A DNA stretch of 13,087 bases from Thermodesulfovibrionales bacterium (GTDB taxonomy: Bacteria > Nitrospirota > Thermodesulfovibrionia > Thermodesulfovibrionales > UBA6898). This document shows, piece after piece, positions 6,692 to 13,087 of the stretch. How positions within the stretch are numbered: position 1 is the stretch's first letter; every line of letters starts with the position of its first letter. The notes below the pieces were generated by a model. It was given only the letters and a program-made list of their open reading frames with translations. It was not told the origin of the DNA and searched no databases. The stretch spans positions 1-13,087 of the forward strand of contig JBIOIY010000069.1 of NCBI GenBank assembly GCA_044450345.1, given 5' to 3'. A program made the position numbers and the translations under genes.

Positions 6692-8176
6692 TCAATGTCC
6701 TGATGGACCGACCTTCCTGAAATCGATGTATCCCCGGTCAACGTCTACAAATGTCAGCTGTACTCGAATCCTGTTGCCGACGTCGATACCCTCAAACCCA
6801 TGGACCACTCTCCCTTCAACAGGGACCGTAAGAAGCCGTGCCCATGTGCCTTTAACGGAAGCGCCGGTCACAATAGCGTCAAACTGCTCTCCAATTCTGT
6901 GTTCCAGTAGCATTGCAGCAGCGGATTTGCCCACCTGGCGTTCCACTTTGTTTGCGGCGTCCTCTTCTTCGGTGCAATGTTTCGCCAGGGCCTCAAGCCC
7001 ATCATTGCTATACGGCAAAGGACTTCCTCCTATCGCGGCCTTCAACAGGCGTTGTGTTATAAGATCGGTGTACCGGCGATTAGGGGCTGTGGAATGGGTA
7101 TAGTCCCTGACAGCAAGACCAAAGTGTCCCGGGGCAGTTTCTCCGGGAAGTTCCGCCACGTATTCGCCGGCCCCCATCAGTTTGATAACAGCGAGGGAGA
7201 GGTCGGGGAATCTGACCGGATCGGCTGCTTTCTCCTTGGTCAGGAACTCCTCCAGGGCTTTTGAATCCGGCGTATAGGGGAGCTTGAATCCATGTTCATC
7301 AGCAAGCTCGACAATCCGTTCCCATCGTTTTGGAATACGGACCACACGGCGGATGGAAGGGAATTTCTTTGACGAGAGATACCGGGCCGTCACGCCGTTT
7401 GCCCCTATCATGAAATCTTCGATAATGTCCTTTGCCCGGTTCCTTTTTTCGACTTCGAGATCACGGATTTCATCGCCGTCAAATACCGGCCTCGCCTCAA
7501 CCGTCTCAAAACTTAGGGCACCGTGCACATGCCGGAGGTTCTTCATGCTTTGCGCTGCCCTGTCCTGCAGGCGCAGATTCTCCTCAAGTCCTTTTACCGC
7601 CGTCGCAGCCTCAGGCAGACTTCCATTGCCTTCAATCCATGCGGCCACGCTGTTATAGGCGAGCTTTGCATGATTGCTGACACGCGCCCTGTAGATATCG
7701 GAGGCCTCTAAAGATCCGTCCGCACCGATCGCCATTTCGACGACGATTGCCAGCCGGTCCTCATTAAAATTCAGGGATGTGAGGTTCGTTGAAAGTTTTT
7801 CGGGGAGCATCGGGAATATACTGCCTGCGGTATACACGGAGGTGGTATTATGGCGGGCGTGCTCATCGATTGCCGAGCCATTATTAACAAGCGCGTCTAC
7901 ATCAGCCACTGCAACAAGTATCTTTACCTTCTCTCCAGGCATTGCCTCGGCAACGGTAAGCTGGTCCAGGTCGCGGGAATCATCGTTATCGATAGACGCC
8001 CATAGCAGGCCCCTAAGGTCGCGGACCTGTTCACCTTCCATTGATGCGGGCGCCAGAATCCTGCCAAGTTCGACCAGTGCTTCGGCAGAAAAGTCAGGGA
8101 GTAATCCCCTCTGAAGCATGACCCTGTGCGCGATTTTCTGTAAGATAGAGCGGTGTTGCTTATCGTCGCTTTGCAT
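6692..8176 (-). CDS. RNB-domain ribonuclease (RNase II/R-like, short form lacking N-terminal cold-shock domains)
   Basis: Motifs DLR..WASIDNDDSRDLDQ, TSVYT...FPMLP, IIEDFMIGAN and HFGLA..YTHSTAPNRRYTD, with an S1-like C-terminus. 494 aa. Confidence 0.9.
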   Translation of the reverse strand: MQSDDKQHRSILQKIAHRVMLQRGLLPDFSAEALVELGRILAPASMEGEQVRDLRGLLWASIDNDDSRDLDQLTVAEAMPGEKVKILVAVADVDALVNNGSAIDEHARHNTTSVYTAGSIFPMLPEKLSTNLTSLNFNEDRLAIVVEMAIGADGSLEASDIYRARVSNHAKLAYNSVAAWIEGNGSLPEAATAVKGLEENLRLQDRAAQSMKNLRHVHGALSFETVEARPVFDGDEIRDLEVEKRNRAKDIIEDFMIGANGVTARYLSSKKFPSIRRVVRIPKRWERIVELADEHGFKLPYTPDSKALEEFLTKEKAADPVRFPDLSLAVIKLMGAGEYVAELPGETAPGHFGLAVRDYTHSTAPNRRYTDLITQRLLKAAIGGSPLPYSNDGLEALAKHCTEEEDAANKVERQVGKSAAAMLLEHRIGEQFDAIVTGASVKGTWARLLTVPVEGRVVHGFEGIDVGNRIRVQLTFVDVDRGYIDFRKVGPSGH

Positions 8177-8264
8177 AAATTGCTCACCTCATTCCTATTT
8201 TAATTATTACTCGTGTTACCATATCAGCAAACGTACACGCACCAAAGCATTAAGGTCCCCTTCC

Positions 8265-8714
8265 TCACCTCCTCACAATGAGCACCGGGATTTTTGTTTC
8301 TTTGTGCATTACGCCATAGGTAACGCTGCCGAGTACCGCAACTGCGAGAGCGCTCTTCCCGTGGGAGCCCATAATAATCAGATTTACCTTTGCCTTAGCA
8401 GCCTCTTTCACGATACCCTCGACAGGATGCCCTGCCGTTATCACAGTCCTTGATTGGACTCCTTTTTTATCGCAGAGCTTCTTTATTTCTCCGGCATACA
8501 CTTCCGCAGCCTCCCTCAGATAATCCTCGATAGGCTCTATTACGTGCCTTGAAGTCTTCCCGGCGGAAACTGTCTGGCCCATAAATGAGCGCTTATCAAT
8601 AACGCTCAGGACAATTACCGAGGCTTTTAACTGTTTTGCGAGGTCGACCGCATACATGGCTGCCTTTTGAGCCGTCCTGGACCCGTCTGTTGGAACAAGA
8701 ATCTTTGAAATCAT
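8265..8714 (-). CDS. Universal stress protein (USP family)
   Basis: Motifs KILVPTDGS, GHP, LIIMGSHG and LGSVT...PVLIV. AGGAGG RBS. Confidence 0.95.
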   Translation of the reverse strand: MISKILVPTDGSRTAQKAAMYAVDLAKQLKASVIVLSVIDKRSFMGQTVSAGKTSRHVIEPIEDYLREAAEVYAGEIKKLCDKKGVQSRTVITAGHPVEGIVKEAAKAKVNLIIMGSHGKSALAVAVLGSVTYGVMHKETKIPVLIVRR

Positions 8715-8829
8715 ATGTCCTCCTTTAACCGAGTGAGTTCCGCTAAAACAATCATCAATCTTTTCATCTTACTCCTCCTATCAAAGGGTAGCTATTTGCA
8801 AGAATAAGAACCTGATTTCAATGAATTAT

Positions 8830-9072
8830 TCAAAGAGAGCGCGCATTTTTCCGGTCAATAGAAGTTTGTTTCTTCCTGGACAACTTCATTCTAAAAAGAG
8901 ATGCTGCACTAACTCCTATAGCCACACCGGCCAAAACAGAGAGAAATAAAATGATTGCAAGGGACGCCTCGAATTTCCAGAAGAGAAACGAGATTACAAC
9001 AGGTATTGCATTCTGTACCGAAAAGACCGTCACCACCGTAATGATGACCAATGCGATTATTAGCGTGATCAT
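8830..9072 (-). CDS. LapA/DUF1049-family small membrane protein
   Basis: Two TM helices with FSVQN..V.I.FLFW. Start placed at ATG 9072 after AAGGAGGGAG. Confidence 0.8.
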   Translation of the reverse strand: MITLIIALVIITVVTVFSVQNAIPVVISFLFWKFEASLAIILFLSVLAGVAIGVSAASLFRMKLSRKKQTSIDRKNARSL

Positions 9073-9169
9073 TTCTCCCTCCTTGTTGTTTTTCGCCTCC
9101 ACCCTTTCCTCAGCAGTAAATCTGAATAGGATCCTGTGGACAATAAGTTAAAAGCCCGAATCTCCCGAA

Positions 9170-9448
9170 TCATACCTTTTTTGACACCCGTGGAATGCTT
9201 TCCGTGGGCGCCTCAGGCCTGAGCAATACCGCAATCCATCTTGTGCCTTTATTGCTCTCGCATGGAATGCGTTTACGTTCGAGCCAGAGTACCGGCGGCG
9301 TACCGATGACCGCGAGGAAAACAGCGACAAGGAATGATGCCGGAACCGACTGTGCCTGGTTGATGCCCCAGACGATGATCACGAGTGCTGCCGCGATGAC
9401 GAGGAAACGCATCCCCCGGTCAGGATGATTCTGTTCCGTCAAAGACAA
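9170..9448 (-). pseudogene. AI-2E family transporter with large in-frame internal deletion
   Basis: N-terminal AI-2E motif (LVIAAALVII..GINQAQS..FLVAVFLAVI..PPVLWLERKRIP) is joined directly to the C-terminal motif (ESN.GTRWIAVLL). 92 aa versus ~350 aa typical. Confidence 0.8.
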
Positions 9449-9568
9449 ATACCTCCTCGTCAGGGCCTTCCCGTTTCACTCTTTTCTGAAGCGAGCCCGA
9501 CGTGTTCTCACCTTCTATCCTTAAAACATGTCTGTAGTCTTCTCTGAAAAACGCAAAATTGTCCTTGC

Positions 9569-9859
9569 TCATTTGAACTTTGAGGCCGCACTGTGGAAGG
9601 CTGCCTTGACTTCATCCCAGGCCTTTTCCGCGCCTGTTTTGAGGTCTTCCCATGCCTCATCGCCTGCGGTCTTCAACTCGTGCAGCTTTGCCCTGGCCTC
9701 ATCTTGCCTGTGCTGCAAGGCTTCAATGGTTTTGTAGTATTCGATCTTCGCCTCGGACTTGCCCTTGTCCGCCCTGGCCTTGAGCAAAGCGATCTGCGCG
9801 TTCCATTCCTCCAACTGCGCATCGAGCTTCTCTTCGTATGCTTTTCGTTTGTCCTTCAT
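9569..9859 (-). CDS. Coiled-coil stress-response protein (sll1863-like)
   Basis: KRKAYEEKLDAQLEEWNAQI..LKA.AD and AWEDLKTG.EKAWDE pattern. ATG 9859 with GGGAGG RBS. Confidence 0.8.
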   Translation of the reverse strand: MKDKRKAYEEKLDAQLEEWNAQIALLKARADKGKSEAKIEYYKTIEALQHRQDEARAKLHELKTAGDEAWEDLKTGAEKAWDEVKAAFHSAASKFK

Positions 9860-9887
9860 CGCAACCTCCCTGTGGTTTGATTCAGGC

Positions 9888-9913
9888 CGTTGCCCCGTCA
9901 TGGCGGGGCAACG
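9888..9913 (-). other. Perfect 10-bp GC-rich intergenic hairpin (mRNA stem or terminator-like)
   Basis: CGTTGCCCCG-TCATGG-CGGGGCAACG just downstream of the BON remnant stop. No U-tract. Confidence 0.55.
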
Positions 9914-9922
9914 ATCCAGAAT

Positions 9923-9973
9923 CTATTTGGACTCCTTGATGGTCACCCAGTTCTTTACCTCCTTCACTCCCTT
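9923..9973 (-). pseudogene. 3' remnant of a second BON-domain gene
   Basis: Encodes KGVKEVKNWVTIKESK* versus KGVKNVENQMTIEESK* in 11089-11859. 9907-9973 matches 11073-11139 at 55/67 nt. Confidence 0.8.
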
Positions 9974-10763
9974 ACCTTCTATCCTTTTTTTCTTCCTCCC
10001 CTCTTGCAGGTTTTCCTTGAGGCTGAGAGTGTTGTTGCTGCTGTTTTTGTAGCTGCTTCTTCTGGGGCTGTTTCTGTTGATATTGCTGTTTCTGCTGCTG
10101 CTGTTTTTGTAGCTGCTTCTCTTGAGGCTGTCTTTGTTGATATTGCTGTTTCTGTTGCCGCTGTTTTTGTAGCTGCTTCTCTTGAGGCTGTCTCTGTTGA
10201 TATTGCTGTTTCTGCTGCTGCTGAACCTGAGGTCGCTTCTGTTGATATTGCTGTTGCCTTTGTTGTCTTAGTTCCTGTCTCTGTTGTTGCGGGCGAGGTT
10301 GATAGCTCTGTACACCCCATGTCCCTTGCCTTTCCCAATGTCGAGTAGTATGCCAACTGCTCCAGTTCTGATGAAGTCCTCGGTAAGGAATCCGTTCATA
10401 GTTCCACCGGTGCCCGTACCAATTATGATCTCTGTAGTATCCTCTCCAACCCGGGTCCACATCAAAATAGAAGCTTGGGACATTGTCATAATAACCCCAG
10501 CCCCGGTCATAATAATGTGAGCGGTACCAACGACCTTCCCATAGACGCCACCACCAACCATTCCAGAAAAAAAAGTCTACATCTATATCAGGAACAACAT
10601 ACACATCGTCCGTATCGGGCATCACTATAACATCCGGAGGCGCCTCAAATACGATGGGTGGTGGCAGAGAAATTCCAACACTTATATCTACCCCTGCCAT
10701 CGCTGGAATAGGAACTGCAATTACCAACGCCAAAAACAATGTTCCAAAAAATAACTTTTTCAT
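9972..10763 (-). CDS. Secreted Trp/Tyr-rich (YXWGXW-like) protein with Gln-rich repetitive tail
   Basis: AGGAGG RBS, signal peptide MKKLFFGTLFLALVIAVPIPAMA, PPP linker, FFWNGWWWRLWEGRWY..YY..GWGYY, then Q-rich repeats. Confidence 0.82.
   Translation of the reverse strand: MKKLFFGTLFLALVIAVPIPAMAGVDISVGISLPPPIVFEAPPDVIVMPDTDDVYVVPDIDVDFFFWNGWWWRLWEGRWYRSHYYDRGWGYYDNVPSFYFDVDPGWRGYYRDHNWYGHRWNYERIPYRGLHQNWSSWHTTRHWERQGTWGVQSYQPRPQQQRQELRQQRQQQYQQKRPQVQQQQKQQYQQRQPQEKQLQKQRQQKQQYQQRQPQEKQLQKQQQQKQQYQQKQPQKKQLQKQQQQHSQPQGKPARGEEEKKDRR
10035..10223. repeat. Coding tandem repeat, ~3 x 60 bp (peptide ~QQQKQQYQQRQPQEKQLQKQ)
   Basis: CTGTTTTTGTAGCTGCTTCT recurs at 10041, 10101 and 10161. TATTGCTGTTTCTG recurs at 10081, 10141 and 10201. 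Confidence 0.92.
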
Positions 10764-10801
10764 TTTGTTGCCTCCTATACATGCCATTGTTTTGTCTCCC
10801 A

Positions 10802-11023
10802 CTAGCCTTTCTTGCTTCCCATGACCAGCAATACAATGCCGCCCACGAGCGCGGCCCCTCCTACGATCGGCGGCAGGGGAAGCGTTTTCGTCTTATCAGC
10901 AGTCACCTGGATCGGACCGAGATCGACGACCTTCTCCCGGGTCGTATAGGTGATGCCCTGATACGCGAACGCGACGATCCCTATCACGATAAGGATGATG
11001 CCTACCAACGTGTATGTCTTCAT
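10802..11023 (-). CDS. DUF3185-like small membrane protein
   Basis: GIILIVIGIVAFAYQGITYTTREKVVDLGPIQV...KTLPLPPIVGG pattern. ATG 11023 with GGGGAG RBS. Confidence 0.78.
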   Translation of the reverse strand: MKTYTLVGIILIVIGIVAFAYQGITYTTREKVVDLGPIQVTADKTKTLPLPPIVGGAALVGGIVLLVMGSKKG

Positions 11024-11088
11024 TTTGCTCCCCTTTTCAGTTTGTTTTAGGTCCACTGCCCAGCCGTGGCCAGGCAACGATCCAGGGT

Positions 11089-11859
11089 CTATTTTGATTC
11101 CTCGATGGTCATCTGGTTCTCTACGTTCTTCACGCCCTTTATGTCTTTGACGAGTTTGGCGGCCAGGTCCTTTTCGGCCGCATTCCTGGCCTTGCCACTT
11201 AACGTGACCACGCCATGCATTGTCCTTACACTGGTGTACAGTGCACTGGTCGAGCGATGGAACAGCAAGGCCATTTTGACCTGGGCGGTGATGGAGGCGT
11301 CATCGATCTGTTCAATCACTGTTCGGGATGTCTTTCCCGAGGTATCTGACACTGTCATCTCATTCCGTACGTCTTTGACCCCTTCGACATCCCTGGCGTA
11401 TTCGGTTGTCAGGTCTTTCTCTGCCAGGCTCGTTGCATCGCCCTGCAGGGTCACGATTCCGTCTTTGGTGCTGACCTCCGTTTTGGCGCTCACGTTCTGA
11501 TGAAGCAGGAGCGTGGCTTTCACTTTCGCACTGAGCCACGCATCCGACTTCTCGGCGGGGTAATCACCTTTGACTTCCAGCCTGTTGTCCACGCTTTTCA
11601 CCCCGGGCAACTCCGCCACGGTCTCCTGGGCCAATGATTTATGGGATTCTTCCGAGACGGTCCCCGTCAGGGAGACGACGCCATCCTTAGACTGGATTTT
11701 AATATCATCACCCTTGAGGTAGGTCTTGAATACATACGATTTCTCGGCGGAGGCCTGGATTCGGTCATCCATCTGGGTCGCGTGCGCAGGCACGCCGGCC
11801 ACCGACAGAGCCGCCACGGCCACCATCAGCGCCACAGAATACATGGCTTTCATTTTCAT
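11089..11859 (-). CDS. Periplasmic triple-BON-domain (OsmY-like) protein
   Basis: Signal peptide plus three repeats of D..(I/L)...(V)K..L ... G(V/I)V(T/S)L.G ... GVK.V.N. Confidence 0.92.
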   Translation of the reverse strand: MKMKAMYSVALMVAVAALSVAGVPAHATQMDDRIQASAEKSYVFKTYLKGDDIKIQSKDGVVSLTGTVSEESHKSLAQETVAELPGVKSVDNRLEVKGDYPAEKSDAWLSAKVKATLLLHQNVSAKTEVSTKDGIVTLQGDATSLAEKDLTTEYARDVEGVKDVRNEMTVSDTSGKTSRTVIEQIDDASITAQVKMALLFHRSTSALYTSVRTMHGVVTLSGKARNAAEKDLAAKLVKDIKGVKNVENQMTIEESK

Positions 11860-12103
11860 TGTGCCTTCTCCTTTATTCTATTGCGTTTTGTGCCGGCTTA
11901 TTTCTTCTTCATGCCGCACTCCTGGTCGTGCTTCATCCCCATTTCTTCCATCATAAGCCCGGCCTCAATCATCTCTCTCAATGCTTAAACGTATTTCATT
12001 CCGGACACAGGTGCTCCGTTTCCACTCTATTGAGTTTCTGGTCAGCCTTTTCACCTCCGAGTATAAATCCCTGAGAAAGCGCCTTATGACTTCGATTGAA
12101 ATG

Positions 12104-12262
12104 TTAGGGATTCCAAGAACCAGCACTCCTGCAATTAAACCAATATTCTTTGTCCCCCGATGATATTTTGATGATTGAACTATCGCCCCCTTTGTAGGTC
12201 GCATTCTTGATTTCCATGTTCGGTATGTCCTTATCTTTCCAGTGGATAATCATAGTCGCCAT
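12104..12262 (-). CDS. Small 52-aa ORF not in the ORF track, probably frameshifted near its 3' end
   Basis: Strong RBS AAGGAGAAGGAGAG, 22 bp after the Thivi_2564-like stop. Translates to MATMIIHWKDKDIPNMEIKNATYKGGDSSIIKISSGDKEYWFNCRSAGSWNP. Confidence 0.65.
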   Translation of the reverse strand: MATMIIHWKDKDIPNMEIKNATYKGGDSSIIKISSGDKEYWFNCRSAGSWNP

Positions 12263-12284
12263 CTCTCCTTCTCCTTTCGAAGCT

Positions 12285-12476
12285 TTATCTCCCGATACGA
12301 ATCCCTTGGAGAGAGTTTATGATCCCGAAGGCACTCAGTAACCAGAGAACCACGACTCTAATCACTACTACATTCAATATTTTCTTTATCGTAGCCTGCA
12401 TCGGTATGTAGCTATTCACTAACCATAGAATCACCCCAACGACAACCAAAACGATTATTAAATTAACCAACGGCAT
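12285..12476 (-). CDS. Thivi_2564-like small membrane protein
   Basis: LIIVLVVVGVILWLVNSYIPM...IKKILNVVV..VVVLWLL..FG pattern. AAGGAG RBS. Confidence 0.82.
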   Translation of the reverse strand: MPLVNLIIVLVVVGVILWLVNSYIPMQATIKKILNVVVIRVVVLWLLSAFGIINSLQGIRIGR

Positions 12477-12567
12477 AGTATTTCTCCTTTCATGCTGCGC
12501 ATTGAAGGGGCACCCCGGGAAATTCAGGATAGATTAGGAGTGCTTTCACGGAATGCCCCTTATCCAT

Positions 12568-12882
12568 CTACTTTCTTTCTTCCATCTTCAAGAGGCTCTT
12601 TACGGATTTCACACCCTTAATTTCCCTGATCTTTGTCACAAGCCGTTCCTCGGTCTCTCTGCTATTCACAAAACCGGTAAGCACAACATCTCCTTGTGTA
12701 ACCGTTACATCGACCTTGAAATAGTGGGCATCCGGGTCTTTAACTACTATCGCAGAAACTTTCGAATGCATCGTTGTATCGTCGATATTTTCACCTGCTG
12801 TTTCGCCCGTCACAGAGGCGCAGCCCGAAAGCAAGGCCAATCCAAAAACCATTAACACTGCCATAAAAATAACTTTCCTCAT
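12568..12882 (-). CDS. Single-BON-domain lipoprotein
   Basis: Lipobox LSGC, then IDD, GDVVLTG and GVKSV. AGGAGG RBS. Confidence 0.9.
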   Translation of the reverse strand: MRKVIFMAVLMVFGLALLSGCASVTGETAGENIDDTTMHSKVSAIVVKDPDAHYFKVDVTVTQGDVVLTGFVNSRETEERLVTKIREIKGVKSVKSLLKMEERK

Positions 12883-12903
12883 TCTCTCCTCCTGTCTTTA
12901 GAT

Positions 12904-12923
12904 GTGCAATCATTCGATTGCAC
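12904..12923. promoter_or_regulatory. Perfect palindrome GTGCAATC-ATTC-GATTGCAC upstream of the BON operon (operator or leader hairpin)
   Basis: 8-bp arms located between a minus-strand TTGACA (12929-12924) and the RBS of 12568-12882. Confidence 0.45.
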
Positions 12924-12948
12924 TGTCAATAAATGCAACCAGGGCAAA

Positions 12949-13087
12949 ATGAACAACCCCGCAGCAAGCTGCGAGGTATCAAATACCATGAATATGTTAA
13001 TCAAACAGTTTGAGTTGATCTCGATGTATTATCTGATAGTCTTTCCCTTGGCTTTTCACATAATTCGCTATTACTTGTTCATTGCCA
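12949..13087 (-). mobile_element. Right end of an IS200/IS605-family element (continues beyond the window)
   Basis: tnpA 3' end followed by subterminal hairpin ACCTCGCAGC-TT-GCTGCGGGGT (12977-12956) and TTCAT (12953-12949) as the likely cleavage end. Confidence 0.8.
12997..13086 (-). CDS. tnpA: IS200/IS605 Y1 transposase TnpA, C-terminal 29 aa (partial)
   Basis: GNEQVIANYVKSQGKDYQIIHRDQLKLFD* contains the catalytic Y-x-x-x-Q helix of Y1 transposases. Confidence 0.82.
   Translation of the reverse strand, partial: GNEQVIANYVKSQGKDYQIIHRDQLKLFD

Noticed and set aside
9890..10356. Repetitive Ala/Val-rich (+) and Ala/Thr-rich (-) ORFs
   Set aside because: Alternative frames of the Gln-rich tandem repeat, which happen to lack stops.
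11965..12204. 79-aa minus-strand ORF from the track
   Set aside because: No RBS, and it overlaps the better-supported 12104-12262 ORF in another frame.

Overview
Bacterial window with four blocks. (1) 126-1682 is an apparently complete IS110-family element of the IS1111 type on the minus strand. It has a DEDD transposase, 16-bp subterminal inverted repeats and a ~380-bp downstream non-coding region that folds like a seek/bridge RNA, with segments matching the insertion flank and the element end. Its right end is amplified into four perfect 15-bp tandem copies. (2) 1928-2735 is an RHH/PIN toxin-antitoxin pair bracketed by degenerate attC-like sequences. (3) 2799-6332 holds housekeeping genes: fold-III ornithine/lysine decarboxylase, speE, lgt and a flavin reductase-like gene. 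(4) 6692-12882 is a minus-strand general-stress/envelope cluster: BON proteins, Thivi_2564-like, DUF3185-like, a Trp/Tyr- and Gln-rich secreted protein, a coiled-coil stress protein, LapA-like, USP and an RNB ribonuclease with an Asp-to-Gln catalytic motif. The cluster is heavily eroded by deletions and contains an unannotated 52-aa ORF. The window ends inside an IS200/IS605 tnpA. All family assignments come from motif recognition by eye; no searches were run.
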